This document shows, piece by piece, positions 31,375 to 42,372 of a stretch of DNA of 64,000 nucleotides. Source of the DNA: an uncultured Nitrospinota bacterium (GTDB lineage Bacteria; Tectomicrobia; Entotheonellia; J063; CAVPRW01). Where the stretch lies: positions 130,752 through 194,751 of the forward strand of contig CAVPRW010000022.1 of the NCBI GenBank assembly GCA_963707985.1. The letters are read 5' to 3'. The notes beneath the pieces were generated by a model. The model made no database searches. It was given only the letters and a program-made list of their open reading frames with translations, and was not told the origin of the DNA. Within the stretch, counting starts at the first letter, position 1, and every line of letters starts with the position of its first letter. The position numbers and the translations under genes were made by a program.

Positions 31375-33813
31375 ATGCGGGTGAGTTTCGAGTGGCTGCG
31401 AGAGTTCGTGCCGGTGGAGATGACAGCAGAGGCCGTGGCTGACCGGCTCACCATGGCAGGCCTGGAAGTGGAAGCGATAGAGGAGTGGGGCACCGCGTTC
31501 GAGCGCATCGTCGTCGGTAGGATTGCCGAGATTGCCGTCCATCCCAATACCGGGCGCCTGCTGGTTTGTCGAGTCGAGGTCGGGTCAGAGGTTCTGACCA
31601 TTGTCTGCGGGGCGCATAATATTGCCGTTGGGGATGCTGTCCCGGTGGCGCTGGTGGGGTCGGTGCTGCCCACCGGCCAGCGTATCGCAGCGGAGCAGGT
31701 AGGTGGTGTGCTCTCTGAAGGGATGCTGTGCTCCGCAGCCGAGTTGGGCTTCAGCGACACCTCCTCCGGGATTCTGCTCTTACCCTCCTCATCGAGACCT
31801 GGAACCTCCCTGACCACCCAACTTGGACTGCATGACGTGGCCCTCGAGGTCAATGTCACCCCTAATCGCCCCGACTGCCTCAACATCTTCGGCATCGCCC
31901 GCGAGATCTCGGCCTTGACCGGTGTGCTTTTGAAATCGCCTGCCACCAGTGTGTCCAAAACGGGAGAGGCCATCGCGGCCCTGACATCGGTGACCGTCGA
32001 AGCTCCGGATCTCTGTCCCCGCTATGCGGCGCGACTGATCACCAACGTCCACATCGGTCCGTCGCCGTTGTGGATGCAACGCCGTCTGTTGGTGTGTGGC
32101 AGCCGCCCGCGTAACAACGTGGTGGACGCTACCAACTACCTATTGCTGGAGCTCGGGCATCCGCTGCATGCCTTCGATTACGAGACCCTGCACGAGCACC
32201 GTGTCGTCGTCCGGGTGGCACGACCGGCGGAACAATGCGTGACGTTGGATGGTGTCACGCGTACCCTCGATCCCGATGTCCTGGTCATCGCCGATGCCGA
32301 CCGTCCTGTCGGTATCGCAGGCGTCATGGGTGGCCAAAACAGCGAGATTCGCGAGCACAGCACGATGGTTCTGCTCGAAAGCGCCTATTTCCAACCGCAG
32401 AATATCCGTCGCACTTCGAAGCGGCTGGGGCTAAGGACAGAGGCCTCCTATCGCTTTGAGCGCGGTGCCGATTTCGAGGGCCTCATCGGCTCGCTGGATC
32501 GCTGTGCTGCGCTGATGGCAGAGCTGGGCGGTGGGGCGGTGGCGAAGGAACGCCTCGATATCGCTGCCAACCGCTATGTGGCGCCGAGAATTCCTGTACG
32601 CGTGGGCCGGGTCAACACGGTCCTCGGTGCAGAGCTGACGCGCGAGGCCATCGGGCAGTATTGTTCCAAACTCCAGCTACCCACCGCCGTGCGCTCCGGC
32701 ACCGAGGTGGAGGTCGAGGTGCCGTCTTTCAGGCGTGATCTGGCCCGTGAGATCGACATCATCGAGGAGGTCGGGCGGCTCCACAGCTACCAGGCCATCC
32801 CAACGGCGCTGCCGCGTGTGCGACTCGAACCGGTCCCACGCTCTCCACAGCGCCAGGCAACGCGTCAAGTGCTCGAGTATTTGCTGGGTTGCGGCTATAC
32901 GCAGGTCATCAACTACAGCTTTATGGCGGAGGAGGATCTGGACCGTCTACGACTCCCCGCCGATGACCTGTTGCGCAGCGTCGTGCCGCTACGGAATCCG
33001 CTCAGCAAGGAAGCCGGTGTCTTACGCACCACGTTGATCCCGAGTCTGCTGCGGACGGTGGCCCTGAACCTAAATCGTGACCTCCGCGACCTGATGATCT
33101 TCGAGCTGAGCCGGGTCTTCCGGCGTCAGGATGGCTTGCAGCCGCGAGAGCACCAGGTCCTTGGCCTAGCCGTCACCGGTGCGGCGGGTGGGCAGCATTG
33201 GGGACAGTCGGTGCAGCCGTATGACTTCTACGATCTCATGGGGGCTCTGGAACTGATCACCGGCCGCCTTGGGTTGAAGCCCTTGTCGGTCACGGCCCAG
33301 CCAGTACCGTATTGCCATCCGGGCAAATCGGCGCTCATCACCAGAGGCGACGAACCCATCGGTGTCGTGGGCGAGATCCATCCCACAGTGCTGACTGCTT
33401 TCGATCTCGGCCAGGCCGTCACTCTGGCCGAGATCGACTTCGACCGCTGGATCGAGCAGGGGGCGTCACTCCCGCAATATGGCTCGATCCCGCGTTTCCC
33501 CTCGGTCACCCGTGATGTGTCGATTATTGTCGATGCCGGGGTACAGGCTGGCCAGATCTTAATGTTCATCCAAAACTTTCAGTCGGAGCTATTGCGCGAG
33601 GTACGCCTGTTCGACGTATACGCCGGCAAGCCAGTACCCATTGGCCGAAAAAGTCTCACCTTCGCCCTGACGTATCGCGCTGATGACCGCACACTGACCG
33701 ATGAGGAAGTGAATAGTATCCATACACAAGTTGTGGAGCAGCTACGCCAGCGATTTGGTGCACAACTCCGTGGGCAGGAAGGGGGAAACGACCATGGCAA
33801 TGCAAGGAATTGA
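31375..33813 (+). CDS. pheT: Phenylalanine--tRNA ligase beta subunit
   Basis: VCGAHN, TPNRPDCL, VDATNY, FERG, PSFRRDL, FDX-ACB tail. Confidence 0.97.
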   Translation: MRVSFEWLREFVPVEMTAEAVADRLTMAGLEVEAIEEWGTAFERIVVGRIAEIAVHPNTGRLLVCRVEVGSEVLTIVCGAHNIAVGDAVPVALVGSVLPTGQRIAAEQVGGVLSEGMLCSAAELGFSDTSSGILLLPSSSRPGTSLTTQLGLHDVALEVNVTPNRPDCLNIFGIAREISALTGVLLKSPATSVSKTGEAIAALTSVTVEAPDLCPRYAARLITNVHIGPSPLWMQRRLLVCGSRPRNNVVDATNYLLLELGHPLHAFDYETLHEHRVVVRVARPAEQCVTLDGVTRTLDPDVLVIADADRPVGIAGVMGGQNSEIREHSTMVLLESAYFQPQNIRRTSKRLGLRTEASYRFERGADFEGLIGSLDRCAALMAELGGGAVAKERLDIAANRYVAPRIPVRVGRVNTVLGAELTREAIGQYCSKLQLPTAVRSGTEVEVEVPSFRRDLAREIDIIEEVGRLHSYQAIPTALPRVRLEPVPRSPQRQATRQVLEYLLGCGYTQVINYSFMAEEDLDRLRLPADDLLRSVVPLRNPLSKEAGVLRTTLIPSLLRTVALNLNRDLRDLMIFELSRVFRRQDGLQPREHQVLGLAVTGAAGGQHWGQSVQPYDFYDLMGALELITGRLGLKPLSVTAQPVPYCHPGKSALITRGDEPIGVVGEIHPTVLTAFDLGQAVTLAEIDFDRWIEQGASLPQYGSIPRFPSVTRDVSIIVDAGVQAGQILMFIQNFQSELLREVRLFDVYAGKPVPIGRKSLTFALTYRADDRTLTDEEVNSIHTQVVEQLRQRFGAQLRGQEGGNDHGNARN

Positions 33814-34081
33814 AGCCCTGGATGTATTGCAGGCGCGGATCACCAAGATGCTCGACCTTCTGGCAGACTTGCGCGAGAAGCGTGACGGCCTTCAGAGCCG
33901 GGTCGAAAACCTCGAACACGAGGGAGCCGCCAAGGACGATGAGCTGGCGCATCTGCGCGAGGACAACGCGCGTTTGCTGAAGATTCAAGAGGAATATAAA
34001 CAGCTCGTCGCCGAACGTGAGATCGTTCGCAACAAAGTCGAGGGCATGTTGAAGCATCTGGAAACATTTGAACTGCCCTGA
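33794..34081 (+). CDS. zapB: ZapB-like coiled-coil cell division protein
   Basis: All-coiled-coil protein between pheT and zapA. Confidence 0.65.
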   Translation: MAMQGIEALDVLQARITKMLDLLADLREKRDGLQSRVENLEHEGAAKDDELAHLREDNARLLKIQEEYKQLVAEREIVRNKVEGMLKHLETFELP

Positions 34082-34193
34082 CCATTGCCCCAACCCCCTC
34101 CCTTCACCTCGAAACCGGGATGGGAGGTGGGAAGACTCTCGCCTGTTGTCGTCGTAATGCAGAAGATGCCGCAGCTGCATATGAGGGGTGGCC

Positions 34194-34511
34194 ATGAGCG
34201 AAGACAAGACACAGATGGAGGTAACCATATTCGGTCAAACCTTGAAACTCCGGGGCGATGCTGATCCCGAGATGACGGTGAAGCTCGCCGAGTTTGTTGA
34301 CCAGAAAATGCGTGAGGCCGTGCCATCGACGATGAGCCTGTCCAACGTGCTCTATAACGAGCGCGTCGCCCGTGTGGCTATTCTGGCAGCTCTCAACATC
34401 GCCGAAGAGCTCTTCCAACTGCGTGCCGAGAAAGAAAACGAGAAAAATCTCATTGAAGAGAAGGCCAGCGCCATGCTCTCGCTGCTGGAGAAAGAGCTGC
34501 AACCTTCATAG
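34194..34511 (+). CDS. zapA: Cell division protein ZapA
   Basis: VTIFGQ...LAEFVDQKM...AILAALNIAEEL. Confidence 0.9.
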   Translation: MSEDKTQMEVTIFGQTLKLRGDADPEMTVKLAEFVDQKMREAVPSTMSLSNVLYNERVARVAILAALNIAEELFQLRAEKENEKNLIEEKASAMLSLLEKELQPS

Positions 34512-34641
34512 CTAGAAACACGCTACGCGTGCCTGCCGACCCAGGTGCTTTGCCCCCCTGAGCCCCTCTCTGACGGTGTCTGTCCATCACCTGGCGGTGC
34601 GCATCGAAAGGACTGCATTGCTTCACGCGGCCGAGGCCTGC

Positions 34642-35628
34642 ATGTTGCTCGACGTCCGCAACCTCAAGACCTACTTCTATACTGCCGCTGGAATCGTGCG
34701 GGCGGTCGACGGTATGAGCTATGCCGTACGACCGGGTGAGACGGTCGCGCTGGTGGGCGAATCAGGCTGTGGGAAATCGGTGAGCGCCCTCAGTGTCATG
34801 CGATTGGTATCGGCTCCGGCTGGACGCATCGTTGGGGGGCAAGTGCTGTTTCAGGGAAGGGACCTCCTCACCCTCGATGAGGAGTCGATGCGCCAGCTTC
34901 GGGGTCGCGAGATCGCCATGATTTTCCAGGAACCGATGACCTCGCTCAATCCTGTCCTGTCGATCGGCCGCCAGCTCACCGAACCCTTCGAGATCCATCT
35001 CGGCATGCCGCCGCAACAGGCCCGCCAGCATGCAGGAGGTCTTCTGGTTACTGTCGGCATTCCAGACCCAGAGCGCCGTCTCACGCAATACCCGCATCAG
35101 TTCAGCGGTGGCATGCGTCAGCGAATGATGATCGCCATGGCGCTAGCCTGTAATCCCACCCTTGTCTTGGCCGACGAACCGACGACGGCTCTGGATGTGA
35201 CCATTCAGGCGCAAATCCTCGAGCTCATGAAAGACCTCTCCCGTGCACGTGGCATCGCCCTGGTGCTCATCACCCATAATCTGGGCGTGGTCGCGCGCTA
35301 TGCGGATCGAGTCAACGTCATGTATGCCGGAAAGCTCGTTGAGCAGGGCAGTGCGCGCGACGTCTATGGCGACCCGCGTCACCCCTACACGATCGGCCTG
35401 CTGCGCTCCGTTCCGCGCCTGGACGAACCTCGCAAAGCCACCCTACGCCCCATTGGCGGACAACCTCCCGATCCGATGCACCTCCCGCCAGGCTGTGCCT
35501 TTGCTCCCCGTTGTCAGTACGCCATCGCCCGCTGTCAAACCGAGGTGCCGCCGCTGATGCGGGTGACGGCGGATCACTTGTCCGCCTGTTGGGTAGCTGA
35601 AGAGATCGGCCGTGAGGCTCAGCGGTGA
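34642..35628 (+). CDS. Peptide/nickel ABC transporter ATP-binding protein (OppD/DppD-like)
   Basis: [22 protein letters not shown]-terminal Cys motif. Confidence 0.93.
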   Translation: MLLDVRNLKTYFYTAAGIVRAVDGMSYAVRPGETVALVGESGCGKSVSALSVMRLVSAPAGRIVGGQVLFQGRDLLTLDEESMRQLRGREIAMIFQEPMTSLNPVLSIGRQLTEPFEIHLGMPPQQARQHAGGLLVTVGIPDPERRLTQYPHQFSGGMRQRMMIAMALACNPTLVLADEPTTALDVTIQAQILELMKDLSRARGIALVLITHNLGVVARYADRVNVMYAGKLVEQGSARDVYGDPRHPYTIGLLRSVPRLDEPRKATLRPIGGQPPDPMHLPPGCAFAPRCQYAIARCQTEVPPLMRVTADHLSACWVAEEIGREAQR

Positions 35629-36612
35629 AGGCCGGTGAGACCCCCATCTTGCAGGTCTGTGATCTGGTCAAACACTTCCCTGTTGTCGGGGAGAGCCTTT
35701 TTGCCAGGGCTGTGGGAACGGTGCGCGCCGTGGACGGCGTCAGCTTCTCGATTCACCGCGGACAAACGCTGGGACTGGTCGGAGAGTCGGGGTGCGGGAA
35801 GACCACGCTCGGCCGTTGTATCCTACTGCTCGAACAGCCGACAGCTGGTGCGGTCATCTTCGAAGGACGGCAGCTCACAGCCCTGACTGACATGGCGCTG
35901 CGCCCGATCCGTCGCCAGATGCAGGTGATTTTTCAGGATCCTTATAGCGCACTCAACCCACGCATGACGGTGGGTCAGATCATCGCTGAGCCGCTCCAGG
36001 TGCACGGCCTCGTCCCTGATCGGCAGGGGCGGCGTCAGCGGGTCGCAGCCTTGCTCGCCGATGTCGGTCTTCTACCGCATGCTAGCGCAGCGTTACCCGC
36101 ACGAGCTCTCCGGTGGACAGCGCCAGCGGGTGGGCATCGCCCGCGCCCTGGCGATGAGTCCGTCGCTGATCGTGTGCGATGAGCCGGTGTCGGCCTTGGA
36201 TGTCTCTATCCAGGCGCAGATCATCAACTTGCTGTCTGAATTGCAAGAACGCCTGGGGCTTACCTATTTGTTTATCGCCCATGACCTCTCCATCGTCCGT
36301 CACATCTCCGATCGGGTGGCAGTGATGTATCTTGGCAAGATCGTTGAAATGACCGATCGCCAACCCCTCTACGATAGTCCCTTGCACCCCTACACCAGAG
36401 CCTTGCTGTCTGCGGTACCCATTCCCGATCCGGAGGTAGAGGCCCACCGGGAACGCATCGTCTTGCGCGGAGAGGTGCCGAGTCCGTTACACCCGCCGTC
36501 GGGATGCGTCTTCCACCCACGTTGCCCGATCGCCGTAGCCGAATGTGCCCAGGTGGTCCCTGAACTGCGCAACGTTCAGCCTGGCCATCAAGTCGCCTGT
36601 ATCCGTGTGTAA
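35625..36612 (+). CDS. Peptide/nickel ABC transporter ATP-binding protein (OppF/DppF-like), frameshift near 36078
   Basis: Walker A in the 35625 frame, LSGGQRQR in the 36061 frame. Confidence 0.85.
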
Positions 36613-36747
36613 CGTCAGGGACTTTTGCCTTGACACGCTGACCGGCAGGTGTTTACTCTAGCCCTCATGACGTCGCCTGCGAGTGGAGCGGGAAGCGGCC
36701 TGATGTGACCCCTCGCCGACGGCTGTACGCGCTTCCGGAGGTGAACG

Positions 36748-38359
36748 ATGAACATGTTGAGTCACTGGACACACCAGGGCTTCGTGGTGGTCTTGGGGTT
36801 GGCCGTTTTGTTGTTGATGGCGTACGAACCGTCGTTGCGGCACAGGCTCAGCCACGTGCTGGGGGTGAGCTGGTTTTCGCCGTGCCTTCGGAGCCTCCTT
36901 CGTACGACGGCCATCGTGAGGAGACGTTCGGCCTTATTCACCCCGTCGCACCGTTCTACAGCCTGTTGCTGCGCGTCGATCCCGTGGACTCGAATAAGAT
37001 CGTCGGAGACCTGGCGGAGAGCTGGACGGTTTCCGACGATGGGCTCACCTACACTTTCAAGATCCGCACAGGCGTGAAGTTCCACGATGGCAGTCTATTG
37101 ACGGCCAGGGATGTCAAGGCGAGCTACGATAAGATTATCTTCCCGCCTGAAGGGGTCGCAAGTACGCGGAAGGGGCAGTACGAGGTGGTCGAGACGATCG
37201 AAGCGACGGATGATCAGACGGTGCGCTTCCGCCTCAAATGGCCTTCGGCCTCGATGCTGTCTGGTCTAGCCTCCCCATGGAACTTCATCTACAAGGCCGA
37301 CACCTGGCCAAGGATATGCACTGGTATGAAAACAACATCATGGGCTCGGGCCCCTTCATATTTGTCGAGCATATCCGCGGCTCTCACCTGGTGGGAAAGC
37401 GCAATCCGGACTACTGGGAGGGCGGCAAGCCCTATCTCGATGGTTACCGCGCCCTCTTCATCAGCGATACCGGGGCACGGGTCGCTGCCCTGAGGGGCGA
37501 GCGCGTGCAGATCGAGTTCCGCGGCTTGGCGCCCAAGCAACGCGACGACCTCGTCAAGGCTCTGGGGTCGAAGATCACCGTGCAGGAAAGCCCCTGGGAC
37601 TGCATTCTCCTGGTGGCCATCAACCATGAGCGCAAGCCGTTTGACGATACGCGCGTACGCCGGGCCTTAACCCTGGCCCTGGACCGCCATGAGGGCTCCA
37701 GGGTCCTGTCCCAAATCGCCATTGTCAAGGAGGTCGCTGGGGTGCAAGTCCCCGGCACGCCGTTCGCCACCCCACCCGAAGAGCTGGCCAAGCTGGCCGG
37801 CTATGGGAGGGACGCCGAGGCCTCCAGGGACGAGGCCCGCCGCCTCCTGAAAGAGGCCAGGGCGGAAGGGTTGACCTTCACGTTCAAGAATCGCGGCATC
37901 CCGATGCCCTACGAACCCTTGGGGATCTGGCTCATCGACCAATGGCGCAAGGTTGGCCTCACCGCCAACCAGGAAGTGATCGAGGCCGCGGCCTACTACC
38001 AGGTGTTGCGCAGTGGCGAATTCGACGTTGCCATGGACTTCCAATGCGGTTACATCGTGGACCCCGACCTGGACCTGTATAAGTTCCAATCCGCGGACAA
38101 GAACCCATCCAACTATGGCCGCTACATCGACCGCGCGTTGGACGAGCTCTACGAAAAGCAGAGTCGTGCCACCAACCCTGAAGAGCGCAAGCAATACATT
38201 CGTCAGTTTGAGAAGCGGTTGCTGGACGACGAGGCGCACTACCTGATGACGCTGCAATGGCATCGGATCGTTCCATACAGCGCCAAGGTGCAGGGATGGA
38301 TGATCACGCCCAGCCACTATCTGAACCAGCAGCTCGATACCGTCTGGCTTAGCGAATAG
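36748..38359 (+). CDS. Family 5 ABC substrate-binding protein, two frameshifts (about 36825 and 37301)
   Basis: Signal peptide, GDLAESWTVSDDGLTYTFKIR.GVKFHDG, GSGPF, LDTVWL in three successive frames. Confidence 0.85.
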
Positions 38360-38475
38360 TGACGATTCCCTCCCCCTTGATGTGCATAAGGGCGAGGTTG
38401 AGCGCCCTAAAGTTGAGCACCCTAACTAAGTTTCCTCTCCCTCCGTGAAAGGGTTTTCAGGGGTAAGCTGTTTAT

Positions 38476-38511
38476 CCCCTCTCCCTTCGGGAGAGGGTTA
38501 GGGTGAGGGGG
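38476..38511. repeat. REP-like palindromic repeat
   Basis: CCCCTCTCCCTTCGGGAGAGGGTTAGGGTGAGGGG. Confidence 0.7.
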
Positions 38512-38590
38512 AGTTAGCAAACGTCCAGAGATAACCTTCACCCCAGTCCCCTCCTAGAGGAAGCGGGAGAATAGGCAAGCACCATCACTC

Positions 38591-39541
38591 ATGCACCGAT
38601 ACATCCTCCGTCGTGTACTGTTGATGCTCCCCACCTTGCTTGGGGTTGCAGTGCTCGTCTTTCTGCTCATGCGCGTTATCCCTGGCGATATCGTCGAGAT
38701 GCGCTTTGCGGAGGGGCGCTTCTTCAATCGGGAGCTAGTGGAGAAAGAACGCGCTCGATTTGGTCTCGACCGCCCTCTGTGGGTACAATTCGTGGATTGG
38801 ATGTGGGGGCTCGTGCGCCTGGATTTTGGCTTGTCGATGTGGTCCGGCGCTCCTATTCGCCAGGAGATCGCCATCCGTCTGCAGTTGTCGCTGCAGCTGG
38901 CGATCATGGCGACCCTGGTGGCCGTCCTGTTGGCGATTCCTCTGGGAACGCTGGCCGCCCTGCGGCAAGATACCTGGATCGACTACGCCATTCGCATCTT
39001 CTCCATCGCCGGCCTGGCCACGCCCTCGTTCTGGCTGGGGATTCTGATGTTCCTATGCTTTCTCATGGTCTTTCAATGGATCCCGCCGATGGTGTTCACA
39101 CCCTTCTGGCGGGATCCATGGCAAAACCTCTCGCAAATGATCTGGCCGGCGCTCGCGGTCGGCTATCGCTACTCGGCGGTGGCGGCCCGCATGACGCGCT
39201 CAGCGATGCTGGAGGTGCTGCGTGAGGATTATATCCGTACGGCCCGCGCCAAGGGCCTGTGGCAGAGCCTCATCGTCAAACGCCACGCGTTGAAAAACGC
39301 CATGCTGCCAGTCATCACAGTGCTTGGGTTGGAATTTGCGTTCCTCATCGGTGGCCTGGTGGTGACCGAGCAGGTGTTCAATCTGAACGGGCTCGGGCTC
39401 TTGTTCGTGCAGTCCGTTGCCCGCCGGGACTATACGCTGGTTCAGGCTCTGGTCCTGCTGGTGGCCTTGGTCTATATTGTGGTCAATTTCTGCGTGGATC
39501 TCCTGTATGGCTGGCTTGATCCACGCATTCGCTATCAGTGA
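38591..39541 (+). CDS. ABC permease (OppB/DppB-like)
   Basis: EDYIRTARAKGL, HALKNA, LDPRI. Confidence 0.93.
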   Translation: MHRYILRRVLLMLPTLLGVAVLVFLLMRVIPGDIVEMRFAEGRFFNRELVEKERARFGLDRPLWVQFVDWMWGLVRLDFGLSMWSGAPIRQEIAIRLQLSLQLAIMATLVAVLLAIPLGTLAALRQDTWIDYAIRIFSIAGLATPSFWLGILMFLCFLMVFQWIPPMVFTPFWRDPWQNLSQMIWPALAVGYRYSAVAARMTRSAMLEVLREDYIRTARAKGLWQSLIVKRHALKNAMLPVITVLGLEFAFLIGGLVVTEQVFNLNGLGLLFVQSVARRDYTLVQALVLLVALVYIVVNFCVDLLYGWLDPRIRYQ

Positions 39542-40443
39542 CCGCCATGAGCTCATCGACGGATGCGCCTCGGCAAATCTTCGCAGAGACTGGCCTGAGC
39601 CATTGGCTGGCGAGTCTCGGGATTTTTGCGCGCCGATGGCCGTTGGGCACTGCAGGGGCGGTGATTATCCTGCTGATGATCGGCTCGGCGGTTTTCGCGC
39701 CGTTCATCTCTCCCTATGACCCCCTGGAGACTGATTTCGCTGCTCAATTCAGCCCGCCGACACTGGCGCACTGGTTGGGTACCGACGCCTTCGGGCGCGA
39801 TCTGCTATCGCGCCTTATTTACGGTTCGCGCACTGCCCTGTTGGTCGGCTTTGCCTCGGCATTTATGGGCGCGACGCTGGGAGCCATGCTCGGCGTCACC
39901 AGCGCCTACTTCGGTGGTCGCATCGACCTGGTGATGCAGCGCCTCGTCGAGATCTTTCTGGCGCTTCCGATCGTCATCCTGGCACTGACGGTGGTTTCCA
40001 TCCTCGGCACCGGCGTGAGTAATGTGATCATCGCGATCACCGTGCCGATGATCCCGAATTGCGCCCGGGTGGTCCGTTCCAGTGCTCTGGCCGTACGCCA
40101 GATGCCCTATATTGATGCGGCGCGGGCGGCGGGTTTTGGATATGCGCGGATTATCTTTCGCCATATGCTACCCAATGTACTGGCGCCCTACCTGATCATG
40201 CTCACGGCCTTTGTCGGCCAGGCCATTCTTCTGGAAGCATCGCTGTCTTTCTTAGGGCTGGGCGTGGCTGAACCGATACCGGCCTGGGGCCTGATGCTGA
40301 GGGGGGCGGCGGTCGAGTTCGCCGAGTCGGCACCGTGGATGGCCATTTTCCCAGGCCTGGCTATCAGCCTGGGGGTGTTTGCATTCAATCTCTTCGGAGA
40401 TGCGCTGCGCGATGCGTTGGACCCGAAGTTGCGAACCTTGTAA
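39538..40443 (+). CDS. ABC permease (OppC/DppC-like)
   Basis: HWLGTDAFGRD, YIDAARAAG, GDALRDALDP. Confidence 0.93.
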   Translation: MTAMSSSTDAPRQIFAETGLSHWLASLGIFARRWPLGTAGAVIILLMIGSAVFAPFISPYDPLETDFAAQFSPPTLAHWLGTDAFGRDLLSRLIYGSRTALLVGFASAFMGATLGAMLGVTSAYFGGRIDLVMQRLVEIFLALPIVILALTVVSILGTGVSNVIIAITVPMIPNCARVVRSSALAVRQMPYIDAARAAGFGYARIIFRHMLPNVLAPYLIMLTAFVGQAILLEASLSFLGLGVAEPIPAWGLMLRGAAVEFAESAPWMAIFPGLAISLGVFAFNLFGDALRDALDPKLRTL

Positions 40444-40475
40444 TCTGGTATACACAATTGAGCGAGGGAGAAACG

Positions 40476-40781
40476 ATGGAACGACGCGTGCACGACCGTG
40501 GCGGTTGGCCCGATGCCGGCCCAATCGACCGCGCTGAGCATATGTACTCGATGTGGGAGAAGCGTACCGATGCCATTCGTGGGTTGCTCGGGGCCAAACG
40601 CATCATCCGTACGGATGAACTCCGACGCGCCATTGAGAGCATCGAGCCAGCCCGATACGAACGGCTGAGTTATTACGAGCGTTGGCTTGTCGCCGTTGAA
40701 GCGCTACTCGTCGAAAAGGGCTTCCTGACGCACGAAGAGGTCGATCGGAAGATGGACGAATGGCAGACCTGCGAGCCCTGA
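40476..40781 (+). CDS. Nitrile hydratase beta N-terminal-like subunit (ScnB-like)
   Basis: VHDRGG, WEKR, DELRRAIE, YYERW, LVEKG. Confidence 0.85.
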   Translation: MERRVHDRGGWPDAGPIDRAEHMYSMWEKRTDAIRGLLGAKRIIRTDELRRAIESIEPARYERLSYYERWLVAVEALLVEKGFLTHEEVDRKMDEWQTCEP

Positions 40782-40827
40782 TGGGACATCTCTGGCGCGG
40801 CATTCCGCGATTCACGCGGTCGAGGAG

Positions 40828-41119
40828 ATGAATATGGCGGCCAAGTTTCAACCAGGTGATCAGGTGCGCATCCGGGTGGGCTCGCCACCGGGACACTTCC
40901 GCACGCCAGCCTACGTTCAGGGTAAGACCGGTGTCGTCGAAACGCTGTATGGGGCCTTTCCCAATCCGGAATCGCTGGCCCACGGCGGTGATGGACTCCC
41001 CAAGCAGTTTCTCTACCTGGTGCGGTTCGACCAGACACAATGTCTGGCCGCAGTATCCCACAGCCCTCCAGGACAAATTACTCATCGATATCTATGAGCA
41101 TTGGCTGGAGCCAGTCTGA
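40828..41119 (+). CDS. Nitrile hydratase beta C-terminal SH3-like subunit (ScnA-like), frameshift near 41041
   Basis: FQPGDQVRI, GHFRTPAYVQGKTG, LYLVRF, then VWP...DIYEHWLEP in the next frame. Confidence 0.82.
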
Positions 41120-41135
41120 TTTCCAGGAGGTACCC

Positions 41136-41804
41136 ATGGATCATATTGACCACGAACACGCGCATGATCGACATGCGCCCCTCGATAATGGAGAGGAATT
41201 GACCTATTGCGAGAAGCGGGTCTGGGCCATCCAGGCCCTGCTGGTAGAAAAGGGCATCATCACTGCGGACGAAGTGCGGCAGCAGATCGAGACCGTGGAT
41301 GCACGCACTCCCGCTGATGGGGCCAAGGTCGTCGCCAGAGCCTGGGTCGATCAGGCATTCAAGGCGCGCCTGCTGCAGGACGCCAAGGCGGCGGTGACAG
41401 AACTGGGCTTCGATAGCGGCGAATCCCCCGTACTGGTCGCGATCGAAAATACCCCCAAGGTGCATAATGTGGTGGTGTGCACGCTCTGTTCCTGTTATCC
41501 ACGGGCGTTGCTCGGCCTGCCACCGGACTGGTACAAGAGTCTGAGCTACCGCTCACGGGCGGTCGTCGATCCCCGCGGTGTGTTGCAGGAGTTCGGCTTG
41601 GAACTGGACCCCGATGTCGAGGTGCGGGTCTACGATAGCAGCGCCGACATGCGCTACTTGGTGATCCCTGAGCGCCCACCCGGCACCGAATACCTGAGCG
41701 AAGCCGAGCTCGCGAGTCTGGTCACGCGCGATAGCATGATCGGCGTGACCAAACCCCGTCCGCCGGAGCAGCGCCAAGACCTCAAAGCTGCGGCGCCGGC
41801 GTGA
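41136..41804 (+). CDS. nthA: Cobalt-type nitrile hydratase alpha subunit (ScnC-like)
   Basis: VVCTLCSCYP metal site; GAKVVARAW; PDWYKS..YRSR. Confidence 0.92.
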   Translation: MDHIDHEHAHDRHAPLDNGEELTYCEKRVWAIQALLVEKGIITADEVRQQIETVDARTPADGAKVVARAWVDQAFKARLLQDAKAAVTELGFDSGESPVLVAIENTPKVHNVVVCTLCSCYPRALLGLPPDWYKSLSYRSRAVVDPRGVLQEFGLELDPDVEVRVYDSSADMRYLVIPERPPGTEYLSEAELASLVTRDSMIGVTKPRPPEQRQDLKAAAPA

Positions 41805-41850
41805 CATTTTCGCCAAACCGTCTTTGATCGCAACTTCCACGCTCTTCTCT

Positions 41851-41885
41851 CCCTTTCCCTCCGGGAGAGGGCTGGGGTGAGGGGG
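41851..41885. repeat. REP-like palindromic repeat
   Basis: CCCTTTCCCTCCGGGAGAGGGCTGGGGTGAGGG. Confidence 0.65.
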
Positions 41886-41928
41886 TGCGCCATGATATCA
41901 ACCTTGACCCTCAGACAGGAAACCATCC

Positions 41929-42360
41929 ATGGACGTACCGCAGAGCATCGGCATCACCCAGGCTGGACGATCTTCCCTGACGTTGACCGTGTTGGAAGAA
42001 TCTCGCATCCGCTTTTACGCCACCACCGTCAGCGACCAGGCCGACGGCCCCGGTTGGGCTCAAGCCCCTGACGGACACTACTGGCGCCTTGACGTGCCGC
42101 CGTCGGTGTACCATGCACTAACCGCAGGAGATGCCTGCGGCGTCTTGTGGCGGGGGAACGACCTGCTCGGGGCCCTCGACTGGGAAGCCCGCGAACAAGA
42201 TCCCAACGCCACCGCGTACCGAGTCGATCCTGAGGTCGCGGGCGGGCATATCACCATGCTTGAAGGCGAAGTCACCAGCACGGCGAGCGGCAAGCCCGCG
42301 CTGTTGGGCCGTGTTGAAGCCGATCCCAATGATGAGTGGTGGCTAGTGGTGGTGGATTAA
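41929..42360 (+). CDS. hypothetical protein
   Basis: 143-aa ORF with AGGA SD, 12 bp before the next gene. Confidence 0.55.
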   Translation: MDVPQSIGITQAGRSSLTLTVLEESRIRFYATTVSDQADGPGWAQAPDGHYWRLDVPPSVYHALTAGDACGVLWRGNDLLGALDWEAREQDPNATAYRVDPEVAGGHITMLEGEVTSTASGKPALLGRVEADPNDEWWLVVVD

Positions 42361-42372
42361 GAGATCGCCCAC

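Noticed and set aside
34512..34641. 6S RNA expected downstream of zapA
   Set aside because: The 130-bp gap is short and I could not fold the long 6S hairpin; needs an Rfam search.
35625..41119. Frameshifts in the OppF-like gene, the SBP (twice) and the NHase beta C-subunit as programmed frameshifting or pseudogenisation
   Set aside because: Single-base indels without slippery motifs, in genes that are otherwise intact, recur across the window (also integrase, ModA-like, IS4, IS1380); long-read consensus error is the simplest explanation.
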